A DNA stretch of 64,000 nucleotides from an uncultured bacterium (GTDB taxonomy: Bacteria; Margulisbacteria; WOR-1; CAVSGV01), in contig CAVYHE010000003.1 in the NCBI GenBank assembly GCA_963768305.1, forward strand, positions 64,001 through 128,000, read 5' to 3'. Positions 44,281 to 54,704 of this stretch are shown piece after piece. The stretch's first letter is position 1, and the number at the start of each line of letters is the position of its first letter. Below the pieces are notes generated by a model that was not told where the DNA came from, made no database searches, and was given only the letters and a program-made list of their open reading frames with translations. Made by a program: the position numbers and the translations under genes.

Positions 44281-45498
44281 TCATTGTTTATCCTTCTCGA
44301 TCGACTCTCTCCAGTCATTGCACAGGATTATGGTAAAGTCCGTTGTCAGGTCCCCTGTGCTGGTGACCAGCACATCGTTGATCCCCAGGAGCTTGCCCAG
44401 TTTTTCTGCGCCGACCCTGTCCCCCCTTTGCGCGATGATCTCGGTCTTTGTTATTCCGGGTTTCTTCGGAAGGAGATCGTTCATGATGACGTAATCTTTT
44501 TTATTGAGCACTTTCATCATCTGGCGGACAGCCTCAAAATCATCGGTGTTATTGATAATGGTGACGGCCGATGACGGGACATGCCTGGGCTCAAGTTTCG
44601 CGAGCAGCTTCCTGGAAAAATATTTGTTCACTATGTCCTTTAGCGCGTCCTGGTCCGGCGCCCAAACGCTGGCTCCCCATTGTCCAACCGCGAAATTACC
44701 CGGGACAATGCTCATGTTAATGTCGTCTTTCCGCAGTCCCCTGGCAAAGTTGAGCGCATATAAGATATCTTTCAATGAAAGGTCGGACTTTATGTTCTCG
44801 GCGGCAATGGACAGGACCCACGGCGCCTTCACTATCATCGCGGGGGTCGCCATCTTCCTTAAGACCGTTTGAAGGAATTCCTGCTGGCGCTGGACGCGTC
44901 CCACATCGCCCAATGCTTCCTGGCGGAACCGGATGAATCCCGTAGCCTGTTCTCCGTTCAGCTTCTGCCATCCCTGTTTCAGGTCTATCTTCAGACCGCC
45001 CCAGTTATCCACGTAATACATGTCCTTGTCCACGTAGATGTTGATGCCGCCCATAAGGTCGATCAGATTAATAAGCCCTTTCGGGTTCATCGTCACATAG
45101 TAATTGACGGGGACGCCCAGGAATTTCTCCACAGTTTCCCTCGCGAGCTCGGGGCCGCCCAGAAAGTACGCCGAGTTGATCTTTTGCCATCCGTATCCGG
45201 GGATCTCCACTAGCGTGTCGCGCGGGATGGAAAGCATGTTCACCTTGAAGCTGTTCGTGTTCACGTTGACAAGTATCATCGTGTCCGTATGTCCCGACTC
45301 GGACAGCGGAACGTGGTTCGTCTTGTTGTACGCGGTGTCCAGCCCCATCACGAGCACGTTCATGTTCCTTGGCAGCGGCCAGAGCCGCGCGAAATAGGGG
45401 AGGGTTTTCGGGGAAAAAATGTCCAGATAAAAATATATCACGCTCAGTGCCAGGAACAGGAGAGCGTATAACCTGAGCATATCCGGCCTTTTTGACAT
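44281..45498 (-). CDS. LCP (LytR-CpsA-Psr) family protein with LytR C-terminal domain
   Basis: NVLVMGLD, TDTMIL, SIPRDT, KINSAY, RFR..GDVGRVQRQQ. Confidence 0.9.
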   Translation of the reverse strand: MSKRPDMLRLYALLFLALSVIYFYLDIFSPKTLPYFARLWPLPRNMNVLVMGLDTAYNKTNHVPLSESGHTDTMILVNVNTNSFKVNMLSIPRDTLVEIPGYGWQKINSAYFLGGPELARETVEKFLGVPVNYYVTMNPKGLINLIDLMGGINIYVDKDMYYVDNWGGLKIDLKQGWQKLNGEQATGFIRFRQEALGDVGRVQRQQEFLQTVLRKMATPAMIVKAPWVLSIAAENIKSDLSLKDILYALNFARGLRKDDINMSIVPGNFAVGQWGASVWAPDQDALKDIVNKYFSRKLLAKLEPRHVPSSAVTIINNTDDFEAVRQMMKVLNKKDYVIMNDLLPKKPGITKTEIIAQRGDRVGAEKLGKLLGINDVLVTSTGDLTTDFTIILCNDWRESIEKDKQ

Positions 45499-45589
45499 GA
45501 CGGAATAGTAGCATTTAGGCGGGTTTGCTTCAATGAGCCGGTTGCATAATTTTGTAAAATCGGTTAAAATCCGAAAAAGGAGAAAAAAC

Positions 45590-46447
45590 ATGTCAGAAGA
45601 ACAGGAAGAGGATCAACAACAGGAAAAACCCGACAGGCCGTGGTGGAAAAGGGGAAGAGTAAGATTGTTCGCCGCGTCGCTTGTCATAATAGCGATCGCG
45701 GGCGTATTCGTCTGGTGGCATCTTTTCCGGCCGTACGTTTCCACGAACGACGCGAGGATCGCCACGAATATTTTGCGCGTGGCTCCCGTCGGGATAGGCG
45801 GACGCATTGAAAAAGTCACGGTTTCCGAGGGCGATGCCGTTAAAAAGGACCAGCTGCTCGTGGAAATAGAACATCAGGTGGCCGAAGCGGATGTGGAAAA
45901 AGCGAAAGCAAAATTCAACCTGTCAAAGCTTGAACTGAACAGGGTGGGAAAGCTCACAAAAGGGAATTACAGCACCGAAAGGGATTATGACAACGCGAAA
46001 ATGAACTATCAGATCGCGGATGCGGAGCTGAAGCTCGCGGAAGTGAACCTTTCGAACACTTATTTAAAGAGCCCGGTGGACGGGATGGTCATCCAGATCC
46101 CGGCAAAGGTCGGCAACATAATAGAACCGGGCCAGACGGCGGTCATGATATCTGACGTCGGACACGCCTGGGTCAGCGCTAACATTGAAGAAACGAAGAT
46201 CGCCAGGGTAAGGCCGGGGCAGTCGGTTCACATAGACCTGGACGAAGGCGGGTCCCTTTCCGGAACGGTTTCTGAGGTCCTGGAGACCGCCGCTTCGCAA
46301 TTCTCCCTGATCCCCGCCGAGAACGCTTCGGGGAATTTCACGAAAGTGGTGCAGAAGATACCTATAAAGATAACGATAGATAATTATCCCTCCAACAGGA
46401 TATTGAAATCCGGGCAGTCGGTAACGGTCAGGATCAATACTCTCTAA
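45590..46447 (+). CDS. EmrA/HlyD family adaptor
   Basis: VSTNDA, SPVDG, FSLIPAENASGNFTKVVQKIP. AGGAG RBS. Confidence 0.9.
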   Translation: MSEEQEEDQQQEKPDRPWWKRGRVRLFAASLVIIAIAGVFVWWHLFRPYVSTNDARIATNILRVAPVGIGGRIEKVTVSEGDAVKKDQLLVEIEHQVAEADVEKAKAKFNLSKLELNRVGKLTKGNYSTERDYDNAKMNYQIADAELKLAEVNLSNTYLKSPVDGMVIQIPAKVGNIIEPGQTAVMISDVGHAWVSANIEETKIARVRPGQSVHIDLDEGGSLSGTVSEVLETAASQFSLIPAENASGNFTKVVQKIPIKITIDNYPSNRILKSGQSVTVRINTL

Positions 46448-46448
46448 G

Positions 46449-48017
46449 ATGACGGAAAAGCCGCGCCCTCGCGATCCCAATTATAAATGGCTGGTCATGA
46501 TCGTTGTCATGGTCGGAATGATCATGGCGATGCTGGACTCCAGCATTGTGAACGTTTCCATCCCCACGATAATGGCTGACTTCGGCGCGAACATCAACGA
46601 CATTGAATGGGTCGTAACGGCCTACATGCTGGCGTTCGCTGTCCTTATGCCTCTCACGACCTGGCTGAGGGACAGGATCGGGCATAAATTCCTGTACATC
46701 TTGAGCCTTGGATTGTTCACGGGCGGGTCGCTTCTGTGCGGCATCGCGCCGAACCTGCCCGCTCTCATATTCGCACGCGTCATTCAGGCTCTCGGGGGAG
46801 GAGCAATGACCCCGACAGGAATGGCGATGATCGCGGAAGTTTTCGAGCCGAAGGAAAGAGGCCGCGCCATGGGGATATTCGGCATTACCATCGTGATCGG
46901 CCCGGCATTCGGCCCGACGCTCGGCGGGTTCATCACCATGACCTTCGGATGGAGATGGGTCTTTCTCATCAATCTTCCCATCGGGATAATATGCGCCATG
47001 CTCGCGATGGCATGGCTCGCGCACGACAGGCCTCATGGGAAAAACCACAGGTCGTTCGACTTTTGGGGCTTTGCTTTCCTTTCCCTGTTCCTCACGTCTT
47101 TTCTTCTGGGGCTTTCCCGCGGAGAGACCGAGGGCTGGACTTCCAGGTACATCTTGACGTGCGCCGCTCTTACGATATTCGGATTCCTCAGCTTCCTGAT
47201 AACGGAAACGCTTGTCCGCGACAAGATCATGGACATAGGACTTTTCCGGCACGCTGTGTTCAGCGTCGCTATGCTCATCAGCGCCATAAGGAGCATAGCT
47301 CTTTTCGGAAGCATTTTTCTTTTGCCGCTTTTCCTTCAGCAGCTCAAAGGTATGACCGCCATACAAAGCGGGCTTACGCTCCTTCCCGGCTCGCTTGTAA
47401 TGGCCGTCGCCATGCCGGCTGTCGGTTGGTTCAGCGACAGGTCCAGTCCGCGGTTCCTTTGTTTCATAGGGATGAGCCTTATGCTGATCTCCATGTTGCA
47501 GTACAGGAACATAAGCATCTACATGAGCAACTGGCAGATAGTTTACCCCACGATGATAAGAGGGGTCGGGATGTGCTTTCTGATGGCGCCCATAATGATG
47601 ATGGCGTTGAACTCGGTCCCGAAGCATAAAACGGGGATGGCTTCTTCCATGATGAGCATTATCCAGCAGGTGGGCGGGGCCATCGGGATCGCCGTGCTCT
47701 CCACCGTCCTGGACAACAGGACAAAGTTCCATCTTAACGCCGTGACAGCCGCGATAAACACGAATTCGGCGGCATTCACGGGTGCGAGGCAGGGGATAAT
47801 GCAAAGAGCAACGGAACTGGGTTATTCTCACGCATATTCTTCCACGTCCGCCGTTGTCTCGCTGATGAAGTTCATTAATGTAGCTTGCGTGAATTTCGGT
47901 TTTCAGGATGCTTTCGTCTTTGCTTCGGCGCTGATCTTGCTTTCGATCATCCCGATATATCTTCTTCCGAACAAGCATGTCATCCATCAATCACAGCAGG
48001 AGATCTTAGAAGTCTGA
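46449..48017 (+). CDS. DHA2 (EmrB/QacA) MFS efflux permease
   Basis: LDSSIVNVSIP, WVVTAY, ARVIQALGGG, GP.FGPTLGG, WVFLINLPIG. Confidence 0.93.
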   Translation: MTEKPRPRDPNYKWLVMIVVMVGMIMAMLDSSIVNVSIPTIMADFGANINDIEWVVTAYMLAFAVLMPLTTWLRDRIGHKFLYILSLGLFTGGSLLCGIAPNLPALIFARVIQALGGGAMTPTGMAMIAEVFEPKERGRAMGIFGITIVIGPAFGPTLGGFITMTFGWRWVFLINLPIGIICAMLAMAWLAHDRPHGKNHRSFDFWGFAFLSLFLTSFLLGLSRGETEGWTSRYILTCAALTIFGFLSFLITETLVRDKIMDIGLFRHAVFSVAMLISAIRSIALFGSIFLLPLFLQQLKGMTAIQSGLTLLPGSLVMAVAMPAVGWFSDRSSPRFLCFIGMSLMLISMLQYRNISIYMSNWQIVYPTMIRGVGMCFLMAPIMMMALNSVPKHKTGMASSMMSIIQQVGGAIGIAVLSTVLDNRTKFHLNAVTAAINTNSAAFTGARQGIMQRATELGYSHAYSSTSAVVSLMKFINVACVNFGFQDAFVFASALILLSIIPIYLLPNKHVIHQSQQEILEV

Positions 48018-48068
48018 GCGAGGGGATCGTTCCTTATCCGCTCTGAGTTTGCTTACTTAATTTAAATT

Positions 48069-48569
48069 TCAGCTCTGTTTGCGAAGCTTTATCTGAATTT
48101 CTGCGTCCGTGTGGCCGTCTTTCGGTCCGCTGGAAAGCGAATTAAATGTCAGTGCCTCAAAGTGGGGGCCCAAAAGATTTTTTTCGTTAATTGCTGTTTC
48201 TAAAACTGCAAACGCTTTCCTTGTCACTTCTGTTAAATATTCGGGCGGCGCTTCATATATTGGATCGTAGTGTGGAGCATTGGAAGAGGGTTTTACGTCC
48301 CATAAAAAACTTATTTTGCAAGTGAACGGCTTTTTTAAGGAAACAGCACCATTAGAAGGCTCTAAAGTTAAAGATACCAATGATTTGCCTTGAAAATGCG
48401 CCATTTGGCGAAAAAGCTGTTTGATGCCTCCTTGAAAGTGATCGAGAACTCCGGTAAACGGAAGTCGCAGAGGATGGGTCAGTAATTTATCCAAATTGAT
48501 CCGTTTTGGAAGTTGCGGATATCCTTTTACTCCTTTTGAACTAACGAGTCTTCTGATGGACGATGTCAT
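48069..48569 (-). CDS. Hypothetical (orphan) protein
   Basis: 166 aa with GAGGA RBS. No recognisable family. Confidence 0.6.
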   Translation of the reverse strand: MTSSIRRLVSSKGVKGYPQLPKRINLDKLLTHPLRLPFTGVLDHFQGGIKQLFRQMAHFQGKSLVSLTLEPSNGAVSLKKPFTCKISFLWDVKPSSNAPHYDPIYEAPPEYLTEVTRKAFAVLETAINEKNLLGPHFEALTFNSLSSGPKDGHTDAEIQIKLRKQS

Positions 48570-48612
48570 TTTATTTTCCTCTTTTCATTACTAAATCCTT
48601 TTTACATATAGT

Positions 48613-48640
48613 TATCGTCAATTCTCTTGAAAAATTTCAC
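48613..48640 (-). promoter_or_regulatory. Putative alternative-sigma promoter GTGAAATTT-N13-ACGATA (copy 3)
   Basis: Minus strand GTGAAATTT TTCAAGAGAATTG ACGATA A, 43 nt upstream of ATG 48569. Confidence 0.6.
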
Positions 48641-48708
48641 TTTTTCGAGTCTATAGTGCTATGCGAAATCTTGAGATATGCAGGGCAGAGTGTTATTATT
48701 TGCATACC

Positions 48709-49842
48709 ATGAAGAAATTAGTGATATTTATAGTGTTCGTGGTCTTTCTGGCAGGTTTGGCTTACTCCATCCAGCTCCTGGATATCGGCTCGCTCAGCGA
48801 CAAGCTGAAAGAGATACGGCAGGCCAATCTTCAGCTCCTGGAAGCTAAATACTGGGAACCCCGCGATGATAAATTCGTCCAGTGCCAGCTCTGCCCAAAC
48901 TACTGCTTCCTTCCTGTCGGGAAAAAGGGAAGATGCGGCGACAGGATAAATGTCGACGGCAAGCTGTATACATTGGTTTATGCCAGGCCGGTCGCGGTAC
49001 ACATAGATCCCATCGAGAAAAAACCGTTCACGCATTTCCTTCCCGGGACTACGTCATTTTCGATAGCCACCGCAGGCTGTAACCTGGGCTGCATCTTCTG
49101 CCAGAACTGGCAGATCTCGCAGGCGAGGCCGGAAGACGCGCCGAACGTTTTTCTTCCTCCCGAGGAAGTCGTCGCCCAGGCAAAAAAGAACGGATGCGCT
49201 TCCATCGCGTACACTTATACAGAGCCCACCGTTTTTTACGAATACATGCTTGCCACGGCGAAACTTGCGAAAGAGAACGGGATCAGGAACGTTATGCATA
49301 CTTGCGGATACATAAATCCGAAGCCGCTCAAAGAACTTCTTCAATATATGGACGCGGTCAATGTGGACCTCAAGGGCTTTTCCGAGGAATATTACGTGAC
49401 AATGTGTTCTGGCCACTTGGACCCGGTCCTTGAGACCATAAAGAACGTGAAGAAAGCCGGCGTGTGGCTGGAGATAACAAATCTTGTCATACCCGGGAAG
49501 AATGACGATCCGAAAATGATAAAAGAAATGTGCGAATGGATAAAGGACAATGTGGGGACGGACACGCCGCTTTATTTTTCGGCTTTCACTCCGCTGTATA
49601 AGCTGACATCGGTCCCGCCGACGCCGCTGGAAACGCTCCAAAATGCTCAAAAGATCGCGAAAGATGTCGGATTGCATTATGTTTATATCGGCAATGTTTA
49701 CGGCAACGCCGGAGAATCCACCTACTGCCCGAACTGCGGGAAACTTCTTGTCAAAAGGCAGGGATTTGATACATTGGAGGTCAATATAGTCGACGGGAAA
49801 TGCAAGTACTGCGGGCAAAAAATTCCTGGAGTGTGGAAGTAA
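48709..49842 (+). CDS. amrS: AmmeMemoRadiSam system radical SAM enzyme with an N-terminal hydrophobic segment
   Basis: CQLCPNYC, DPIEKKP, CNLGCIFCQNWQISQ, IAYTYTEP, YVYIGNV, CPNC..CKYC. Confidence 0.92.
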   Translation: MKKLVIFIVFVVFLAGLAYSIQLLDIGSLSDKLKEIRQANLQLLEAKYWEPRDDKFVQCQLCPNYCFLPVGKKGRCGDRINVDGKLYTLVYARPVAVHIDPIEKKPFTHFLPGTTSFSIATAGCNLGCIFCQNWQISQARPEDAPNVFLPPEEVVAQAKKNGCASIAYTYTEPTVFYEYMLATAKLAKENGIRNVMHTCGYINPKPLKELLQYMDAVNVDLKGFSEEYYVTMCSGHLDPVLETIKNVKKAGVWLEITNLVIPGKNDDPKMIKEMCEWIKDNVGTDTPLYFSAFTPLYKLTSVPPTPLETLQNAQKIAKDVGLHYVYIGNVYGNAGESTYCPNCGKLLVKRQGFDTLEVNIVDGKCKYCGQKIPGVWK

Positions 49843-49858
49843 AGCGAGAGGTGACGAG

Positions 49859-51328
49859 ATGAAGAAAATTAATATAATTTGTCTGATAATAGGAGGGTGG
49901 TTAATGATGATCGGTTTTGCAAGCTGTGCTGATATTGTGAAACAACCGAACGTTGCCGGAACATTTTATCCGGGCGACAAGAACGAATTATCAAAAGCTA
50001 TCGACAGCTATCTGGCGGAATACAAGATAATAAAGGGCGAAGGTGACCTGGTCGGGATCATCGTTCCGCATGCCGGATATGAATTCTGCGGCAAAGTCGC
50101 GGGTTACGCATACAAACAGCTCACCAATAAGAGCTTTGACACTGTCATCATAATCGGTCCCAGCCATTACATGTCTTTCGACGGGATATCGGTGATTCCG
50201 TCCGGCGAATACGCGACGCCGCTCGGGAACGTGAAGATAGACAATGAAATGGCGTCTCAGCTCTCATGTCCTTTGATCCCAAGATATCAGTTACGTGAAG
50301 GAAGCTTTTGAAAAAGAACATTCGGTGGAAGTCCAGATACCCTACCTTCAGAAAACCTTGAAGAATTTCAAGATAGTGCCTCTTGTGATGGGATATCAGA
50401 CCCTGGAGAACAGCAATATCCTTGCACAGGCGATCGTCAAGGCGATCACAAGCCATGAGCCCGGCAAAAAACCGAAGAAGGTCCTTATTGTCGCCAGCAC
50501 GGATATGTCCCATTATCATACAGCCGAAGTTGCGGGATCTATGGACGCGATCGCGATCGATGCCATTTCAAAAGGTGATGTCAGCGCTCTGGCCCAGCAT
50601 CTCGCATCCGGTGAATGCGAATTGTGCGGCTATGGGACCGTAATTACATTGATGCTGGCGGGCGACCAGCTCGGCGCCAATAGCTACGAGATACTGAAAT
50701 ACGCCGATACAGGGGACGTGACCGGAGATAAATCGTCAGTTGTCGGATACATGTCCGCCGCAGTTTACAGAAGACCTGTCAAGCTGGACGATACCGACAA
50801 GTCGCGGCTTCTGGATATCGCGAGAAAGACCCTGGAAACCTATGTTTTCACGAAGGTCAAGCCGGACTTCACCGTTTATGAAAAGGAACTTCAGCAGAAA
50901 TCCGGCGTGTTCGTCACGCTTACAGAGAACGGCCAGTCTGCGCGGATGCATAGGCTACCTGCGTCCTTACAGGCCGCTTTATTTGGCGGTCTCGGACATG
51001 GCCGTGGCGGCGGCGACGCAGGATATGAGGTTCACGGCCGTGACGACGGAGGAGCTTCCGAACATCAAACATAGAAATATCCGTCCTGTCGCCGATGACG
51101 GAGATAACCAGCACCAACGAAGTTGAGATCGGCAAGGACGGGATCCTGATAATTAACGGCAACCAGAGCGGTGTTTTCCTTCCGCAGGTCGCTACGGAAA
51201 ATAATTGGACGCGAGAACAGTTCCTTGAAAATGTTTGCGGGAAAGCGGGACTTCCGGTTTCAGCCTTGAAAGACCCCAACACGAGATTATATGTTTTTAC
51301 CGCGCAGGTGTTCGGGGAAGAACAGTAG
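49859..51328 (+). CDS. amrB: AmmeMemoRadiSam protein B (Memo-like) fused to protein A (AMMECR1-like); frameshifts near 50270, 50940 and 51070
   Basis: PNVAGTFYP, PHAGY, GPSH, EHSVEVQIP, STDMSHY, VVGY. Then GVFVTL, LRGCIG, D.RF, GVFLPQVA, C.KAGL, F.AQVF. Confidence 0.88.
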
Positions 51329-53464
51329 CATCGCCGCCAGGCAAAAGCTGGCCGGTACGGTCAATGTCCCCAAGATCCCAAAAACAGGGATGAACAGCAA
51401 GCTTGTCATTATTGCCGAAATCGCTCCTCCCAGAAGATCACACCCGTAAAGGACTCCGGCTTTGTTCGCCAGGGATTTTGACAAGTATCCTTTGACCGCA
51501 ATAGGGAAGACTGCGCCGGAAAGAAAAGCGAATATGAATGAAAAAGCTGTTATCGAATATTTGGAAATTCGATAATCAAGCACGGGTGCAGTTTTAAGGT
51601 ATAAAGCAAATAGCATGATCGAAAACAAAAGAAACGCTATTATTTGAAAAAGGTTAAATTGTTTTGGTTTTAAATTAGTATAATAACTTCCAAGCGCCAG
51701 CCCCGCCATAAAGATCGCGAACAAGATCCCTATCATGAAATATATGTATCCGTAGACCGCCTCGAACGAATACATCGAAAGAAGCTGCAGCGCCATGGCG
51801 TTGAAGCCGATCAGAGCGACAATTACGGGAATGCTTGCGTTCTTTACCGCTTTTATCCTGAGACCGGCAAGCCTGAAAAATATTGCCAGAGCGAAGATCC
51901 AGACGATCAGGCTGCCAAGCTTGATAGTCAGCAAGCTTTGGAAGATCAGATTTGTCCTGCCGGAGAAATAGCTCAGCCAGACAAGGATCGAATAAAGATA
52001 TGATACAGGATGAAGATCGGTGCCGATCAAAGTTTTATCATCGAATTTTATCGCGGACGCGACATAATCCAGCCTGTCTTTCGTGACAAGGTGGGGGATG
52101 GATAACGCATTAAAATATTTTGTACTGACATTTTCCCTCTGCCATCTTCTGACTAGAGTCCCGGCGTCATCAGTCAGGACCCCAGATGATGGCGACGCGT
52201 AATAATATATGTAAGCGCCCGGTATCACCTTTACGTTCGGGAATACCGAGCTGATCGTCTTGAATATTGACGAATTGAGCGCCCTTGTTTCCTTTCCCAT
52301 GAAATCAGCCGAACCTGAAAGTTTCAACGCCAGGACCCCGCGGGGAGACAATTTTTCGGCGCACTGCCTCATGAATTCGGCCGTAAAAAACCTTCCGCCG
52401 GCCATATTTACCGGATCGCCCGTGTTTATGAGGATCAGATCATACTTGTTTTTTGTGTTACGTATGAAATATCTTCCGTCGGCAACGGTCGCAAAGGAAC
52501 CGCCTGACATGCCGGCAAGTTCAGGGTCAAACTCCACGTAATCAAGCTTTTTTACGCCGCGCAGATGCAGGAACTTGTCTGCGATCACAGGGCCTCCGCC
52601 GATCAAAAGCACTTTCTCGGGGCTCCCGCTTTCGATCAATGCGAGATCCGCGATCTCCTCGTTTTCCGGCACCGAAGCTGTTGAAAAGGCAAGATTACCG
52701 TCCTCAAAATAGCTGTGTGTCCCCTTATCTTCGATGACAGAGATCCTTCCGTATATCGAATCGACAGTGCTTATTAAATGAGATCCTTTGAATTGGGCTT
52801 GCGAAGAACACCTGTCCAGTCTGGCGCCATAAGGATGAATTAATACAAGATTGACCGCGAGAACGAACGCGAATATCATCAATCTCTCCAGCATGGCCTT
52901 GGACCTCTTCCGGATAAAATTCTTGTAAATATACATCGATGAGAATGTCAGCGCTGTGCCGACCACCCCTGCGATCTGAAATGGATTTAAAAAATAAATA
53001 AGGATGAAGCTGAAAATGATCCCGCCGGCTGCGGCCCCGATGCTCTCAACGATATACATGGTGCCGGTATTTTCCAGCACGTTGCTCCCCAGAGTGAAGA
53101 GCGAGCCGAACAAAAGACAGGCCGGAGCGATAGTTATAAGCGAGATCAGGAAGATCGAATTAAGGTCGGGGATCGCGCCTGAGGGAATACTGAACAATAC
53201 CTTTGATGCTCTGGCAACATAAATCTCGGCCGGGATAATTAGAGAGATCACCATCTGCATATAGATCAGGGTTTTTGGAGCATCTTTAATATTTTTTATC
53301 AGCTTGCCGCATACGTAGCTGCCCAGGCCGGTGGACGCGAGCCATATCATAAGGGATATCCCGTAGGTAAGCTCGTTGCCGTTGAAAATAGCCGCCAGCT
53401 CCCTTAAAAGGAGTATCTGAACAATGATGGACGCGAACCCGATCGCTGATAAAGGAAAAAACAT
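51287..53464 (-). CDS. Membrane protein with a spermidine-synthase-like (SAM-binding) domain
   Basis: Multi-TM QILLLRE..GNEL, KVLLIGGG, VEFDP, DGRYFI, KYDLILIN..DP, C-terminal TM block with Y..DLLGG. Confidence 0.82.
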   Translation of the reverse strand: MFFPLSAIGFASIIVQILLLRELAAIFNGNELTYGISLMIWLASTGLGSYVCGKLIKNIKDAPKTLIYMQMVISLIIPAEIYVARASKVLFSIPSGAIPDLNSIFLISLITIAPACLLFGSLFTLGSNVLENTGTMYIVESIGAAAGGIIFSFILIYFLNPFQIAGVVGTALTFSSMYIYKNFIRKRSKAMLERLMIFAFVLAVNLVLIHPYGARLDRCSSQAQFKGSHLISTVDSIYGRISVIEDKGTHSYFEDGNLAFSTASVPENEEIADLALIESGSPEKVLLIGGGPVIADKFLHLRGVKKLDYVEFDPELAGMSGGSFATVADGRYFIRNTKNKYDLILINTGDPVNMAGGRFFTAEFMRQCAEKLSPRGVLALKLSGSADFMGKETRALNSSIFKTISSVFPNVKVIPGAYIYYYASPSSGVLTDDAGTLVRRWQRENVSTKYFNALSIPHLVTKDRLDYVASAIKFDDKTLIGTDLHPVSYLYSILVWLSYFSGRTNLIFQSLLTIKLGSLIVWIFALAIFFRLAGLRIKAVKNASIPVIVALIGFNAMALQLLSMYSFEAVYGYIYFMIGILFAIFMAGLALGSYYTNLKPKQFNLFQIIAFLLFSIMLFALYLKTAPVLDYRISKYSITAFSFIFAFLSGAVFPIAVKGYLSKSLANKAGVLYGCDLLGGAISAIMTSLLFIPVFGILGTLTVPASFCLAAMLLFFPEHLRGKNI

Positions 53465-53502
53465 TTTATCTCCCTGTCCGGATGATATATTATACATATT
53501 GT

Positions 53503-54121
53503 ATGCTCATAGACAAAATCATATATCTTACAGTGCAGGGATTCCTTTTCGGCTACGGGCCATGCCTTGCAACCTGCGCGCCCGTCCTTCTTCCTTATGT
53601 CGGAACAAAAAAGACCTGGAAGGAAGGATTTTTCGCGGCGTTAACCTTCTCGCTTGGAAGACTGGCTATCTACGTGATACTTGGCGGGCTTTTCGGATAT
53701 TTCGGCGCCTTCATAATGAAATATTATTATTACTCGGGAATATATCATTATCTGAAGGCGGTCCTGTCCGCTATATTGATCATCATAGGAATGTCAGTGA
53801 TCCTGGGCAAGAATTTCAATTTCAAGTTCTGCGGCGCGGGGGAGGGGAACATGGCGGTGCTCGGAATGCTTGTGGGCGATATCGCCTTGCGCGCCTCTTA
53901 TCGGGATACTTCTTGAGATCGCGCTCCTGTCGGATAATTTTTTCGCGGGTTTCGCGTACAGCTTCTTTTTCGGTATAGGCACAGTGCTGTCGCCAATGCT
54001 CCTTATCGCGGCCGTGATTCCGATGATAGGCGGCAGGTTCGATCAAAAAGTTTTCAGGGTTTTTAATAATATCTGCGGTGCTATGATGGTCCTGGCCGGC
54101 ATCTACGTCTTGATAAAATAG
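53503..54121 (+). CDS. DsbD_2/TauE-like membrane protein (frameshift near 53878)
   Basis: GYGPCLATCAP, FSLGRL..Y..LG, SPCAPL, FFFGIGT. Confidence 0.75.
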
Positions 54122-54160
54122 GGAAGAGCCCCGGCGGATGAGTAAACCGGGGCCCTTTGG

Positions 54161-54570
54161 TTATTTCCTGGCTTTTGCCAGCGGCTTTTCCTCGATATCG
54201 AGTGTTTCTTCTTCTTCTTCCCCCGCTTTTTTGTCGGCGGATTCCTTGAAGAACTTTCGTGTCCAGCATCTGCATATTGCTTGCCACCACTTCGGTAAAA
54301 TACCGATTTCTCCCCGTCTTTCTCGTATTTTCTGACCTGAAGTTTCCCTTCTATCGCGACCGGTTTCCCCTTCTTGAGGTATTCGCCGCAGACCTTTGCA
54401 AGCCCTCTCCACGCGACTATATTGATAAAATCCACTTCTTTCTCGCCGTTCTTTGACGGTCTTTGCACCGCCAGCGCGAACTTCGCAACGGGGATCTCGT
54501 TCGACGTGTAGCGGACTTCCGGATCTGCTGCCAGCCTGCCCACCAAGATCGTCCTGTTCAATGACATCAT
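54161..54570 (-). CDS. ssb: Single-stranded DNA-binding protein (frameshifted near 54290-54310)
   Basis: LNRTILVGRLAADPEVRYT, DFINIVAW, YLKKG..V.IEGKLQ. AGGAGGTG RBS. Confidence 0.9.
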
Positions 54571-54704
54571 TAGTTATTTCACCTCCTTCATCTTTTGTGT
54601 CAATGAATAGCAATTTTCTTGCCGTTGAATTTACGAATAAATCACGAGGGATAACTGTTGAAACTGACTACACTGTCGAGGATTTAGACAACGAAAAGTT
54701 AACG

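Noticed and set aside
46434..47990. Long antisense ORFs (518 aa opposite emrB; also those opposite dnaJ, dnaK, purH, amrS)
   Set aside because: Shadow frames of well-supported genes, with no recognisable motifs.
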